Origin: Candidatus Woesearchaeota archaeon
Lineage (GTDB): Archaea; Nanobdellota; Nanobdellia; Woesearchaeales; UBA9642
Assembly: GCA_038884715.1 (NCBI GenBank)
Contig: JAWABG010000001.1
Span: 38,287 to 102,286, forward strand
Direction of reading: 5' to 3'
DNA: 64,000 bases
Shown here one piece after another: positions 38,361 through 48,591 of the stretch. Each line of letters begins with the position of its first letter. Within the stretch, counting starts at the first letter, position 1. A program made the position numbers and the translations under genes. The notes beneath the pieces were generated by a model. That model saw only the letters and a program-made list of their open reading frames with translations. It was not told the DNA's origin and searched no databases.

Positions 38361-38909
38361 TTATCTATAATCAGTATTATTCTTCTTTAATTCTTCTTTA
38401 GCATCGCCTTGTTCCATCTCAGTTTTTTCTTTTTTTTCAGTCTTAATTTTGTTCTTATCTTTTTTCTTTTTTAAAATATTTACTTCCCCACCAGCACTCT
38501 GAATTTTCTCTAAAGAAGTTTTTGACGCTTCATTACAAGTTATTTTGAATTTTTTCTTAGTATACCCTATTCCTAAAAGTTTATCGGCTTTAATATCATT
38601 TAAATTGATTATAAAAAAATCATTTTCTTTTTTTGCCTTTCCTTCTTGGACGTATTTTTCAATTTTTTTATCGAGCATAAAAATATTTATAGTTTTACTT
38701 ACTTTATTTTCTCTTTGATTTGTGCTAATAAATCCGTGTTTTCCAAAATATTTATTGTTGTGCCAGTATGAAGGCTTTTTAGCACCTGCACTGCCAGAAT
38801 TACCTGCTCCGCCATGATGCCCTGCTCCTCTATGCTTTTTATGACTACCCCATCCGTGGCTTCTGCCTCCGAGCAATCTTCTGTGTTTTTTTCTTTTAAT
38901 AAAAACCAT
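38361..38909 (-). CDS. rpl15: 50S ribosomal protein uL15; start probably ATG 38909
   Basis: GGRSHGWGSHKKHRGAG...YFGKHGF...KIQSAGG. K/E-rich C-terminal extension. Confidence 0.95.
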   Translation of the reverse strand: MVFIKRKKHRRLLGGRSHGWGSHKKHRGAGHHGGAGNSGSAGAKKPSYWHNNKYFGKHGFISTNQRENKVSKTINIFMLDKKIEKYVQEGKAKKENDFFIINLNDIKADKLLGIGYTKKKFKITCNEASKTSLEKIQSAGGEVNILKKKKDKNKIKTEKKEKTEMEQGDAKEELKKNNTDYR

Positions 38910-38973
38910 TTTTTTACTACCTTCCTTTTTTTTAAATTTTAACATAAAATTCAAAAGGATTAAATAAACAGTA

Positions 38974-39417
38974 TTAAATCATTCTTTTTATTAAATCATT
39001 AATTTTTTCTCCTCTATAGCCTAGAGCTCCTTTTTGTGTGAATGATTTTTTTGTTCCCTTTCTTTCATATCCCCCTATTGGAGGGTGCAATCTAAAAGTT
39101 TTTTTGATTTTTCCTTCACTGTTTTTTTCCCCTCTTTTTTCAATTAATAATTTATATGTTTCATCATTAATTTCTCCAAATGTAACAAAATCCTTTACTT
39201 TTTCAACCATACCCATATTCGAGGGAATGCTGTCGAGAATAACACAATTGTGTTTTTTGTATAAACCCATCAGTTTAAATGTATCCCTTATAACATTTCT
39301 AATTCTTACATCTCCCCTAATCCTTATAATTGCTATTTTCTTTATCCTTTTCTGCTTAATAGCATTTAAAACATTACTCTTTTCAAGATTTTTGTTTATC
39401 ACAATATTTGATTTCAT
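38974..39417 (-). CDS. rpl30: 50S ribosomal protein uL30
   Basis: IAIIRIRG...FRLHPPIGGY...LGYRGEKINDLIKRMI. Confidence 0.96.
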   Translation of the reverse strand: MKSNIVINKNLEKSNVLNAIKQKRIKKIAIIRIRGDVRIRNVIRDTFKLMGLYKKHNCVILDSIPSNMGMVEKVKDFVTFGEINDETYKLLIEKRGEKNSEGKIKKTFRLHPPIGGYERKGTKKSFTQKGALGYRGEKINDLIKRMI

Positions 39418-39496
39418 TATTTCACCAAAAAAATCATTATTTAGATTATTATTTTATATTATTATTCGAGTTAATATGATTTTATGATTATTTAAT

Positions 39497-40288
39497 TTAT
39501 TCTACTATTGCTGTATTCATGTGCTTATCACCTGAATGAATAGCTAATTGTGTAATGTGTTTTTGCTGTATCTTGGTTGTTGATAATCTTCTCAATGCCT
39601 GCTCCAATGCTTTAATTAGGTTTATCTTGTTTCTTGTCTGGCCTTTTGTTTTTGACCACACATCTTTTATACCCGCAAGCTTTAAAACCTTTGCAACCTC
39701 TTTTTCACAGACAAGACCTTTACCTTTAGGAGCAGGGATTAAAGTAATCTGAACAGAGCCACATTTACCAGTTACAGTGAATGGAACTGAATGAGGCTCA
39801 TTGCTTGTTGATTGCCAACTCCCGCTACCCCTAATTATTTTAAAAATATTAAGTTTGGCATTTCTTAATGCTTTCTCTCTTGCAGGGACTGTTTCCTTTG
39901 AGTGACCAATACCTATACCAATGTATCCATTGCTATTACCAATAACCGCCATTGCTGTAAATTTTATCTTATTGCCTTCACTGGTTTTTTTCTGTGTTTG
40001 CCTAAAAACTCGTCTTTGCCCTCCTCCAAACTTGCCTTTTGATTGACCAATCAATAATAATTCTGATTCTATATTTGGGAGTAGTTTTTCTGTAATTTCT
40101 GGCTCCATAATTATCCTTCCATCATCAAGAATCTGATCAATATCATTAATTAATCCTTCTTTTACTCTTTTACCTAACTCTGTTTTAGGTTGCCAATTAT
40201 CCAGTGAAGAACTGAATTTTTCTTTCTCAATTACTTCCCCTGGTTCTTCTACAAATGTTTCCTCTTCTTCCTTTATATCATTTTTCAT
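39497..40288 (-). CDS. rps5: 30S ribosomal protein uS5
   Basis: WQPKTELG...HSVPFTVTGKCGSV...PAPKGKGL. Confidence 0.97.
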   Translation of the reverse strand: MKNDIKEEEETFVEEPGEVIEKEKFSSSLDNWQPKTELGKRVKEGLINDIDQILDDGRIIMEPEITEKLLPNIESELLLIGQSKGKFGGGQRRVFRQTQKKTSEGNKIKFTAMAVIGNSNGYIGIGIGHSKETVPAREKALRNAKLNIFKIIRGSGSWQSTSNEPHSVPFTVTGKCGSVQITLIPAPKGKGLVCEKEVAKVLKLAGIKDVWSKTKGQTRNKINLIKALEQALRRLSTTKIQQKHITQLAIHSGDKHMNTAIVE

Positions 40289-40290
40289 GT

Positions 40291-40857
40291 CTATTCACTC
40301 AGTATCTTTTTCTTTATATCTTCAAAAGATTTTGAAATATCATTAATATCAATATTTTGCTTTTTATGTCTTGAAAACTGTTTTTCATTTTTGTTTATTG
40401 TAGCATATTTTTTAATATGCTCTCCTACCAATCTTTCCTGACTTGGAAAAATCGAGGAATCACAAGGAACATTCAGTTTTGCATCAACAGCGCCTTTTAT
40501 GACTGCATAAATTTTTGATCCTTTTACAGGTGTACGAAAACCTATATCAGGGATTACATTATCGATTTTTTTTGATAGTGCCTTTTTGCCTATTAAAAGA
40601 CCTGTCAAATATGCAGCAGGAATATTTGATAAAGAATAATTCCAACCTTTTTTTCTTAGATCACTTGAAGTTACATTCAGAATAACAGTATCTCCTTGGG
40701 AAGAGTAATTAGTGATTTGCGACACAATTCTTTTATTTGAGATTCTTATAACTAATCTAGGAATTCTACTTTTCAATAAGTTTAGTCTTTTCCTATAATT
40801 AGTTTTTCCTTTTATTTTTCTCCTAAACGAAATTCTTTTCTTTTTATATGACACCAT
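40291..40857 (-). CDS. rpl18: 50S ribosomal protein uL18
   Basis: GKTNYRKRLNLLKS...NIPAAYLTG...GEHI. Confidence 0.97.
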   Translation of the reverse strand: MVSYKKKRISFRRKIKGKTNYRKRLNLLKSRIPRLVIRISNKRIVSQITNYSSQGDTVILNVTSSDLRKKGWNYSLSNIPAAYLTGLLIGKKALSKKIDNVIPDIGFRTPVKGSKIYAVIKGAVDAKLNVPCDSSIFPSQERLVGEHIKKYATINKNEKQFSRHKKQNIDINDISKSFEDIKKKILSE

Positions 40858-40877
40858 AATTTTACTCCGTGAATTTT

Positions 40878-41459
40878 TTAATTTTCAAAAGATGTATCTT
40901 CGTTTTTTGACATTTTCAAAATGTCTGCTTTTTTTAACTTTTTTTTGGATTCCTTTTGCCCGGATTCTGTTGTTTCTGTAATTTTTTTCTTTATCTTTTT
41001 TTCTGTTTCAGCAGTCAGAGTATCCTTATTTGATTCTACATAAATTTTAATGTGTCTGGCGCTTCTGAAAAATCCACCTTTTGATTTAACAATAAGATTC
41101 TTAAATGCTGTATTTGATATGTGTCTTTTATGCTTTAAAACTTTTAGCAGATTCCTCTGAGCCCTGATTTTGTTAATCCACATTCTTTTTTTGGGGGCTC
41201 TTGCTGTTTTTTTGCCTTTTTTTGAACCTGGACCCTGTCTAAGTCCTTTACTCTTTTGTCTTTGAATTTTTCTTGCTCTAACCCTTGATGTATGAACTAT
41301 TGGCATCTTAACAATTGCGTGATCAAGTACTAATCTTCGAATATCTGCCTTTGTTATAGCTTCTTTTATCTCATCGAGTCTATCAGGATCAAAATGAATG
41401 TGTTTTGGCGAACAATTAAATATACTGCTTGCAAGCCTTTTTTGAACATTGAGTTTCAT
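40878..41459 (-). CDS. rpl19e: 50S ribosomal protein eL19
   Basis: QKRLAS...EAITKADIRRL...GPGSKKG...WINKIRAQR. Confidence 0.97.
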   Translation of the reverse strand: MKLNVQKRLASSIFNCSPKHIHFDPDRLDEIKEAITKADIRRLVLDHAIVKMPIVHTSRVRARKIQRQKSKGLRQGPGSKKGKKTARAPKKRMWINKIRAQRNLLKVLKHKRHISNTAFKNLIVKSKGGFFRSARHIKIYVESNKDTLTAETEKKIKKKITETTESGQKESKKKLKKADILKMSKNEDTSFEN

Positions 41460-41475
41460 ATTATCAGCTCTTTTC

Positions 41476-42063
41476 TCAGTCCTTCGTAATTAAAATTTTA
41501 TCTTTCTCCTTTTTTTCTTTTTCCTTTTTTTCCTCTTCACTCAGCCCTTTATCCTCTTTAATTTCTTCTTTCGACTTCTTAACTTTTTCTTCGATAGATT
41601 TTTTCTTTTTCTTTTCTTCTTCTATTTTTTTCTTTTCCTCTTTTGACTTTAATAAAGATTCATACTTTGTCTTTATTTTATCTAATGATGGTATTGTAGT
41701 TATTCCGTTCTCTTTTGCTTTTTCTGCGATAATCAATTTTTTTCTTAAACTAACTGATTTTGAAATGATTGCAATATTATCTTTTGAAAGATCAGTCAAA
41801 TCATTAATATTATAAACATTCGCCATTAACAAACCAGTATTGTTTCTATTTCTCAATTCTTTCGGTGTTCTATAACCAGATCTTACTTTTTTTGCATAGC
41901 CTCTAAAGTTATGCTTGATTTTTGAGTGATGACCCCTCGGCTTTCTCCAGCCGGTTCTTCTAACTTCTTTTTTCTTGAAACCGTCCTGCCTCTTAAATTT
42001 TGGCATCTTTTTTTTCATTTTTCTTTTTAATTCCAAAAGTTCTTTGTTGATCATTTTCAGCAT
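41476..42063 (-). CDS. rpl32e: 50S ribosomal protein eL32
   Basis: PKFKRQD...WRKPRGHHSK...GYRTP. Long K/E tail. Confidence 0.95.
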   Translation of the reverse strand: MLKMINKELLELKRKMKKKMPKFKRQDGFKKKEVRRTGWRKPRGHHSKIKHNFRGYAKKVRSGYRTPKELRNRNNTGLLMANVYNINDLTDLSKDNIAIISKSVSLRKKLIIAEKAKENGITTIPSLDKIKTKYESLLKSKEEKKKIEEEKKKKKSIEEKVKKSKEEIKEDKGLSEEEKKEKEKKEKDKILITKD

Positions 42064-42069
42064 AATTTT

Positions 42070-42621
42070 TTATTCTTCGATTTTTTTTCCGTCTTTTTCA
42101 ATAATATAAATTCCGTCTTGGAATCTTCTTCTGTCAAATCCTGTCCTTCGTGTTAGCTGTTCTATTGTCGCAGCAACTTGGCCTGCTTCTTCTTTACTTA
42201 TAGATTCAACAACAATCTCATTACCATTAATTGATATTTTTGCATCACAATTAATCATAACTCTTCTCGGAATTGTTTCTCCAAAAAAATTCTTTACTTC
42301 AAATACGTTATTCTTATATGTTACAGTCATCGGAAAATGGCCTGAACAAATTTTCAACTTATAAATATGCCCTCGAGTAACCCCTTTCACCATATTTTTC
42401 AGGTGAGCAACATAACTGTATATTATCTTTTTTTCTCTCTTCGTTGCATTCTTAAAAGAAAATACAACACTTGAATTATCTATAGCTATATTCAATCTTG
42501 GATGAAAAATCTTTCTCTTTATTTCTCCTTTTGGACCCTTTATAGTGAGAATGTAATCTTTATAATTACAACTAACTTTTTCTGGAAGTTCTATTTTCGC
42601 TGATAATAATTCTTGCTTCAT
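42070..42621 (-). CDS. rpl6: 50S ribosomal protein uL6
   Basis: KGPKGEIKR...HFPM...NFFGE...DRRRFQDGIYI. Confidence 0.97.
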   Translation of the reverse strand: MKQELLSAKIELPEKVSCNYKDYILTIKGPKGEIKRKIFHPRLNIAIDNSSVVFSFKNATKREKKIIYSYVAHLKNMVKGVTRGHIYKLKICSGHFPMTVTYKNNVFEVKNFFGETIPRRVMINCDAKISINGNEIVVESISKEEAGQVAATIEQLTRRTGFDRRRFQDGIYIIEKDGKKIEE

Positions 42622-42672
42622 TTTTCAATCTGATTTTGTATATGATTACAATATCAATTAAATAATATTTAA

Positions 42673-43065
42673 TTAATAACAGTAAGCTAAAAGTTTTCCC
42701 CCAATATTCTCTTTTTTTGCATCAATATGAGTCATTATTCCTTTAGGCGTTGAGACAATAAGTATTCCAAAATTCTTAGCAGGTAAATACCTTTTCTCAA
42801 ACTTTTCATAAGTGTCTTTCTTCACTGAAAACCTTGGTTTAATTACTCCTATATCATTAATATTTCCAATTATATGTATGTTTAGCCACTTTGCTTTACC
42901 ATCATCAATTTCACTAAATTCACCAATATAGAGATTGTCTTGCAAAATTTTAAGCACTCTTCTGATTATTGAAGAGTTGTATTTTGTGATCAACTCTTGT
43001 TTTCCCTTATTCTCATAATTTTTTATGTGTGACAAAACATTTGCTAGCGGATCATTTAAAACCAT
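42673..43065 (-). CDS. rps8: 30S ribosomal protein uS8
   Basis: DPLANVLS...IKPRF...STPKGIMTH...GGKLLAY. Confidence 0.97.
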   Translation of the reverse strand: MVLNDPLANVLSHIKNYENKGKQELITKYNSSIIRRVLKILQDNLYIGEFSEIDDGKAKWLNIHIIGNINDIGVIKPRFSVKKDTYEKFEKRYLPAKNFGILIVSTPKGIMTHIDAKKENIGGKLLAYCY

Positions 43066-43120
43066 TTTTTGTTCCCCATTATGTTTATTTGTTATGATTT
43101 TTTATTGGATTGATTAGGAA

Positions 43121-43351
43121 TTACGAAAATTTCTTAAACCCTATCTTTGTTGCAACCTCCCTGAAGCATTGCCTACAGAGATGAATACCGTACTTGGAAA
43201 CATGAGCTCCAGCTTTCAAACAACGTTTACATCTCTTTACATTTGATCCATATTTTCTTTTTTTAGGAACATTAAACTTATTGTATCTAGCAACTTTTCC
43301 AGGTTTATGCCGTATCTGATTCAATATTTTTGAATAATGGCTATATGTCAT
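43121..43351 (-). CDS. rps14: 30S ribosomal protein uS14 with N-terminal extension; start probably ATG 43351
   Basis: CKRC...[13 protein letters not shown]...GFKKFS. SD GGAGG upstream of MTYSHY. Confidence 0.95.
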   Translation of the reverse strand: MTYSHYSKILNQIRHKPGKVARYNKFNVPKKRKYGSNVKRCKRCLKAGAHVSKYGIHLCRQCFREVATKIGFKKFS

Positions 43352-43489
43352 TTTATAATTAGTCCTCCGTTGCATTAGTATTATTTGTGTTATGATTGTA
43401 CAATTATTATACTATAATTACTTTATAATATTAATATATAATTATATCAAAATAATTAATATTATATCAAAAGCATCATAAATCTTTAT

Positions 43490-44002
43490 TTATTCCTCCT
43501 CTATTTTCAAGTTAAATTCCTTTATAAAATAATCCATAGCTTCCTGCTTTGATATCTTGTGCTTATAAGGAATTTTTTTCTTTTCAATTTTCCTTCTCTT
43601 GATTCTAAATCCTGGCCTTTCAAGAGTAAGCGATACCTCAAATCCCATTATACCAATTTCAGGATCATATTTCACACCCGGAATATCAATATACTCGTGT
43701 AAACCAAAGCTCACATTTCCATTATCATCAAAATTATTTGGAGTTAGTTTGTTATCTTTTGCCATTAACAATCTTTTGATTAGTTCATTAGGATTTTTTC
43801 TGAGAGTAAGCTTACAACCAACAGGTAATCCGGGCCTTAAACCCCATCCGGCAATTCTTTTTTGAGTAATTGTTTTTATTGGCGATTTTCCTGTAATATT
43901 CTTTATGAGCTTTATTCCCTTATCTAATCTTGACTGATCTTTTCCTGCCCCGAAATTCAGAGTGAGTTTTTCAATTCGAATAGTTCTCATCGTGTTTTCC
44001 AT
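43490..44002 (-). CDS. rpl5: 50S ribosomal protein uL5
   Basis: GCKLTLR...FDDNGNVSFG...YDPEIGIMG. Confidence 0.97.
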   Translation of the reverse strand: MENTMRTIRIEKLTLNFGAGKDQSRLDKGIKLIKNITGKSPIKTITQKRIAGWGLRPGLPVGCKLTLRKNPNELIKRLLMAKDNKLTPNNFDDNGNVSFGLHEYIDIPGVKYDPEIGIMGFEVSLTLERPGFRIKRRKIEKKKIPYKHKISKQEAMDYFIKEFNLKIEEE

Positions 44003-44129
44003 TTTAAATTTTCTAAACTTTAGTGAATTTCATTAATAATTACTCAATTGTTGTTTATTTTATTTATTAGTGTTGTATTAGCTTTTATCATTTTTAGTTT
44101 AAATCATTTCATTAGTATTTTTATTTTCA

Positions 44130-44816
44130 TTAGCTTAATGTTATCAGTGGCTTGTCTTCCCCTACAACAATTGCGAAATTTTTATCTGTCTGAAATTTTT
44201 CTTCATTAATTTTAAATAAAAGGTTTTTTCCTTCTATCTTCTCAATAGTTGCGATGTTGCCTGTGAATTTCCCTTTATACAACAATATTGTTTTTCCTTT
44301 TTCCATTTTAAGTACTGATTTTATCTTTTGCTCTGGAAGTTCAAACAATACACTATCTCCTACTGAATAATTCTTACCGTTCTCCACAATAATATTTCTC
44401 CCATCAAGAGTACCCAACTGGGTTTTTCCCTTATTCTGAGTCTTATTTACTATCTTAGATATCTTTAAAACTGAATCCTTCTCGTCAGTTTTCTTAAAGC
44501 ATAATTTTCCTTTCTTGTCAAATAACATTCTATAATATATATTCTGTTTGGGTATGGAGAGAGTATCCAAAAAACCAATCTGAGATTTTAAATCCTTTTT
44601 TCTTCTCCAATCAACAAACACTTCTTGTGTATTCAATAAAAACACAACTTCTCTCCTATTGTTTGCAAGACCTAACTGCCTAATAGCTAAACCGAGGGGC
44701 ATAGCCATACTGAACGAATGAGGACCCGGGTTTGGTCTTGTAACAAATTTTTTGTCCTTTCTTAATAATTTCCACTGCTTAGGTGCATTTATTCTCTTCA
44801 GATGTGCTTTTGTCAT
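44130..44816 (-). CDS. rps4e: 30S ribosomal protein eS4
   Basis: HLKRINAP...RPNPGPH...LDGRNI. Confidence 0.96.
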   Translation of the reverse strand: MTKAHLKRINAPKQWKLLRKDKKFVTRPNPGPHSFSMAMPLGLAIRQLGLANNRREVVFLLNTQEVFVDWRRKKDLKSQIGFLDTLSIPKQNIYYRMLFDKKGKLCFKKTDEKDSVLKISKIVNKTQNKGKTQLGTLDGRNIIVENGKNYSVGDSVLFELPEQKIKSVLKMEKGKTILLYKGKFTGNIATIEKIEGKNLLFKINEEKFQTDKNFAIVVGEDKPLITLS

Positions 44817-44817
44817 T

Positions 44818-45225
44818 TTATTTTTGTTTTTCAGTTTTTGATTTTTGTTTTAATTGAATTCGATTTATTCTCTTTTTGTCATTAAGATTTAATTCAGTAA
44901 TTATAACATTTGAAGGATCTATTGGATAAAATGCTTTTGAGCCATCCTTTTTGCTTAGCTCTGCTTTTCCAATATATATTTTAGTGTGTTTTGTGTCAAC
45001 TCTTTCAACTTTACCTTCTATTCCTTTGAATTGACCTCTCAATATTTTCACCTTATCACCGTTTACAACGCGTATAGATCTTCTATTATATTTTTTCCTT
45101 AACTCTCTAGACAAATGTGAATTCATAAATTTGCCCTTAATATGGATTGGAGCATTATATCTGTACTTTCTTTGTTTTCGAGGCTGAATGCTCGATTTCC
45201 AATGTTTTGAAAATTCTTTTTTCAT
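44818..45225 (-). CDS. rpl24: 50S ribosomal protein uL24
   Basis: SIQPRKQRKYRYNAP...GDKVKILRGQFKG...IDPSNV. Confidence 0.97.
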   Translation of the reverse strand: MKKEFSKHWKSSIQPRKQRKYRYNAPIHIKGKFMNSHLSRELRKKYNRRSIRVVNGDKVKILRGQFKGIEGKVERVDTKHTKIYIGKAELSKKDGSKAFYPIDPSNVIITELNLNDKKRINRIQLKQKSKTEKQK

Positions 45226-45257
45226 TTTATTTTCTGATTTATTATTTTCCTAATTTT

Positions 45258-45659
45258 TTAAATTACAATACTTGCCAATTTGGCAATTGCAGGCCATCTC
45301 TCGACAACCTCTTTTGCTATTGGACCCTTAATCATTGTTCCTTTAGGGTTTCCCTTTTCATCTTTTAATATAACAACTCCGTTCTCTTCAAACTTTATTC
45401 TTGTTCCATCTGTTCGCCTATACTCTTTTTTTTGTCGAACAACAACAGCATAAAAAACCTGTTTTCTCATATCTGGCTTTCCTTTTTTTACAGCAACAGT
45501 TATCAGATCAGAAATTCCTGCTGCAGGATTTCTGCCTTTTTTTGTTTTTTGACCAATAACTGAAACTATCTTCACAGTCTTTGCTCCTGAGTTGTCAGCG
45601 GTGTCAACCCATGCACCAACAGGCAATCCTCTTGTTATCGTCGCTTTAAGAGCTTTCAT
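45258..45659 (-). CDS. rpl14: 50S ribosomal protein uL14
   Basis: ADNSGAK...VVRQKKEYRR...IKGPIAKE. Confidence 0.97.
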   Translation of the reverse strand: MKALKATITRGLPVGAWVDTADNSGAKTVKIVSVIGQKTKKGRNPAAGISDLITVAVKKGKPDMRKQVFYAVVVRQKKEYRRTDGTRIKFEENGVVILKDEKGNPKGTMIKGPIAKEVVERWPAIAKLASIVI

Positions 45660-45672
45660 TTTAACTATTTAC

Positions 45673-46032
45673 TTAATTATTCTGCTTTTTTAGCGTGTTT
45701 TGAATTTCTATTACAACAAAATTTTTTGTTTTGGACAAAGGTCTTGTTTCCATGATTGTCACAATATCTCCTGTTTTTGCATTTATACATGCAGGATTGT
45801 GAGCCTTGATTTTTTTTGTTTTTATAGCATATCTCTCATATTTTTTTATAAATTTCCTGAGTTCCCATTTTATAGTAACTGTTTTATCTGCTTTATCACT
45901 AATTACTTCCCCGACAAGTATTCTGCCATGAACCTTTACTGATCCATGAAATGGGCATTTTAAATCCTTACAATCCTTTACAGGTATTTGCACATTAATT
46001 CCTATATTTTTTTTATTATTTTCTTTTTTCAT
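45673..46032 (-). CDS. rps17: 30S ribosomal protein uS17
   Basis: CKDLKCPFHG...KYERY...ETRPLSKTK. Confidence 0.97.
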   Translation of the reverse strand: MKKENNKKNIGINVQIPVKDCKDLKCPFHGSVKVHGRILVGEVISDKADKTVTIKWELRKFIKKYERYAIKTKKIKAHNPACINAKTGDIVTIMETRPLSKTKNFVVIEIQNTLKKQNN

Positions 46033-46046
46033 TTTTTATTATATTT

Positions 46047-46295
46047 TTATAATTTCTTAATCCTATCCTCGCTTCGCATTATTATGTTGTTTCCTTTTAT
46101 TGTGATTTTGTCTATAAGGAATGTGTTGTTTTTTTTCATTATTGTAATAATTTTTTCTCCTTGTTTTCTAATCTTGAACGTATTTTTTGTTTCGTCAATA
46201 ATGGTTCCACTTACACCAATCATTGATTTGTTTTTTGAATTAATTATCTCGATTTTTTTGCCTATAAATTCCTCTTTTAGTTTTAAGTTTTTCAT
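46047..46295 (-). CDS. rnp1: Ribonuclease P protein component 1 (Rpp29/POP4)
   Basis: EFIGKKIEI...GVSGTIIDETKNTF...RSEDRIKK. Canonical position before uS17. Confidence 0.92.
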   Translation of the reverse strand: MKNLKLKEEFIGKKIEIINSKNKSMIGVSGTIIDETKNTFKIRKQGEKIITIMKKNNTFLIDKITIKGNNIIMRSEDRIKKL

Positions 46296-46353
46296 ACCTT
46301 CTTATTCTTACTGATGTTGAAATTCCTGCTCTGGTAAGCGTCACAAGCATTGC

Positions 46354-46662
46354 TCATCTAATATCAATTGTATCGGGTGCAAAACCAAGCTTTATCAACT
46401 CTGGCTTAATCTTATGTAAATGGTCACCTTGGAGTTCAATGAACCCCTCTTTGACAGTGCCACCACACGCCAGTATGTTTTTAAGTTTTTTTGCCACTTC
46501 CTTCAAATCGATATCCTTTTTGTCTATTCCTTGAATTACTGTGTATTTTTTACCAAATTTTTTGCTTATTACCTTTGCAGTTATCTTCTGGTTCTCCTTT
46601 GTTATGGTTTCCCAGACACCCAGTTCTTTTGGCAGTCCCGTTATCGGGTCTATATCACTCAT
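46354..46662 (-). CDS. sui1: Translation initiation factor aIF1 (SUI1)
   Basis: GLPKEL...KFGKKYTVIQG...LACGGTVK...IELQGDH. Confidence 0.95.
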   Translation of the reverse strand: MSDIDPITGLPKELGVWETITKENQKITAKVISKKFGKKYTVIQGIDKKDIDLKEVAKKLKNILACGGTVKEGFIELQGDHLHKIKPELIKLGFAPDTIDIR

Positions 46663-46747
46663 TTTTTGTTTTTTATTTTATTCTATTTAGTTTTCCTTAT
46701 TTTAATTGAGTTCTTTTTTGTATTTTTTAATTTGGTTTGTCAATTTT

Positions 46748-46948
46748 TTATCTTGTCTGATTTTCTTTTTGAGATTTTAATGTAATAAGCCTCGCCATCA
46801 ATCTTTTTATCTGTCTAATCTGCATTGTGTTTTTTTGTGTTGAACCTGTGGCCGCCTGACCTTTGACTTTGATTAGCTCTGAATTTAAATCGGAAAGTTT
46901 CTTACTAATTTCTTGTACTGACAGGTTGTTATAATCTTTTTTTTTCAT
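46748..46948 (-). CDS. rpl29: 50S ribosomal protein uL29
   Basis: Helical 66-aa protein ending IRQIKRLMARLIT, located after uS3. Confidence 0.92.
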   Translation of the reverse strand: MKKKDYNNLSVQEISKKLSDLNSELIKVKGQAATGSTQKNTMQIRQIKRLMARLITLKSQKENQTR

Positions 46949-47023
46949 TTTTAAATTTTAATTGATTGTTTATCTTCTTTAATTATATTTTTAATAAATT
47001 AATTATTAATTCAATTAATTTAA

Positions 47024-47857
47024 CTAATTATTTTTATTTGTTTCATCTGATACAACAACATCTTGAGACATGGTTTCTCCCACACTGTTTGTCGTGTTTG
47101 ATTTGATTTTCTGCTTTTTTGACTCTTTTCTTTCTTTAGCTTCTTTTGGTTCTTTTGATTTTCTTGTTTTTTCTTTAGCAGCCTTAATAATTTTATTCTC
47201 TTCATTTTTTATATCTTCAAGATCCTTGTGAGGTTCTGTCTCACTAACTTCCTCTATTTTTTTTTCAATAAATATAATATTATCAGGTAATTTTGTTGTT
47301 GCGGGCAATATACTAACCTTTACACCTATTATTCCCGATTTTAATTTTGCAATACTATAAGCCACATCCACTCCAGTTAACGCAATATCGCCACATTTCT
47401 TAAGATAACCTTGATAAAATCTCCAAGACTTTGCCCTGCTACTTGGAACCTTGCCACTAATTATTATTTCAACACCTCTTGCACCTGCATTCATTACATC
47501 CATCATCGCCTTGTGTCCAATACCCTTAAATCTCATAGTTCCATATCTTTCAAGAGCAGATGCTATTGTTTCTGCAACAATACTGGCATCTAAATTTGGA
47601 TTTTCAACATCTTTTAACTCGATTTGAGGATTCTCTAGGGCAAAGTTTTCTTTAAGTTCTTTGGTAAGTTTAGCAATATTTGAACCACTCTTTCCGACGA
47701 TTAAGCCAGGCCTGGATGAATAAATAATAATTTTCTCTCCTATAGGTGTTCTCATCAACTTTGTTTTGCTATGTCCTACCCTTATTAAATGTGAAGTTAT
47801 GTATTCCTGAATCTGGAATTCTTTCATTTTTTGAGCAACAAATTTTCTTTCTATCAT
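47024..47857 (-). CDS. rps3: 30S ribosomal protein uS3
   Basis: RPGLIVGKSG...GARGVEIIISGK...GYLKKCG. Long K/E tail. Confidence 0.97.
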   Translation of the reverse strand: MIERKFVAQKMKEFQIQEYITSHLIRVGHSKTKLMRTPIGEKIIIYSSRPGLIVGKSGSNIAKLTKELKENFALENPQIELKDVENPNLDASIVAETIASALERYGTMRFKGIGHKAMMDVMNAGARGVEIIISGKVPSSRAKSWRFYQGYLKKCGDIALTGVDVAYSIAKLKSGIIGVKVSILPATTKLPDNIIFIEKKIEEVSETEPHKDLEDIKNEENKIIKAAKEKTRKSKEPKEAKERKESKKQKIKSNTTNSVGETMSQDVVVSDETNKNN

Positions 47858-47893
47858 TTTTCTTCTATAGACTCCAACTTATCCTTATTTTAT

Positions 47894-48502
47894 TTATATC
47901 TTATTTTCAGCGGGGTTTTTCTTTTCCTCTTTCTTATTTTCCATTGCAGTCTCATCATCTTTTTTTGTATCTTTAATTTTCACGTTTCTAATTTTCTTTT
48001 TTTCGAGTTTTTTCTTACCTTTTCTTTCAGATTGTTCTTCTAAATTTTCTTTTTCATCTTTTGGTACAGCAATCTCTTCAACAACAATCTCGAGATTTGT
48101 TCTCTTAGCTTTTCTTCTTCGTTGTCTTCCATATTTCCAAGATGTTGCTGCTCTTTGAGGAATTATACTTATTATAAAAAGATTATCTGAATTTAACCCT
48201 TTGTTTTGGGCGTTTGATTCAACTGATTTTAGTAATTTTAATATCTCGACTGATGCACTTACTGCATATCTGCCCGGACCTATTCCTGGTTTATGCCCAA
48301 CACCGTTTGTAAACCGTCTAAAAGGAATGGGTTTCTTCATAGATATTGCTTCTTCTAGGATTTTTTTAGCAACACTTAATCTTTTATTTCTTATAAAATT
48401 TGAAATCTCTATGCTCTGCTTTGTGGAAATAGCAATATCTCTAATTACTGCCCTTGCAGTGTTTTCTTTCATTTCTTTGAACGCGTAGTTGTACTTTGAC
48501 AT
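47894..48502 (-). CDS. rpl22: 50S ribosomal protein uL22
   Basis: ISTKQSIEI...PFRRF...GHK...GRY...ESNAQNKGL. Confidence 0.96.
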   Translation of the reverse strand: MSKYNYAFKEMKENTARAVIRDIAISTKQSIEISNFIRNKRLSVAKKILEEAISMKKPIPFRRFTNGVGHKPGIGPGRYAVSASVEILKLLKSVESNAQNKGLNSDNLFIISIIPQRAATSWKYGRQRRRKAKRTNLEIVVEEIAVPKDEKENLEEQSERKGKKKLEKKKIRNVKIKDTKKDDETAMENKKEEKKNPAENKI

Positions 48503-48591
48503 TTTGATAAACTAATTTTGATTCTCTTTTAGATTAATTTTTCAACATATATCAAATTTTTTAAGTTTTAATATATTATTTATTTTATTAT

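Noticed and set aside
38291..46998. 18-mer aattatatttttaataaa twice at 38291-38326 and again at 46981-46998
   Set aside because: Pure A/T low-complexity sequence in AT-rich spacers, so recurrence is plausible by chance or slippage.
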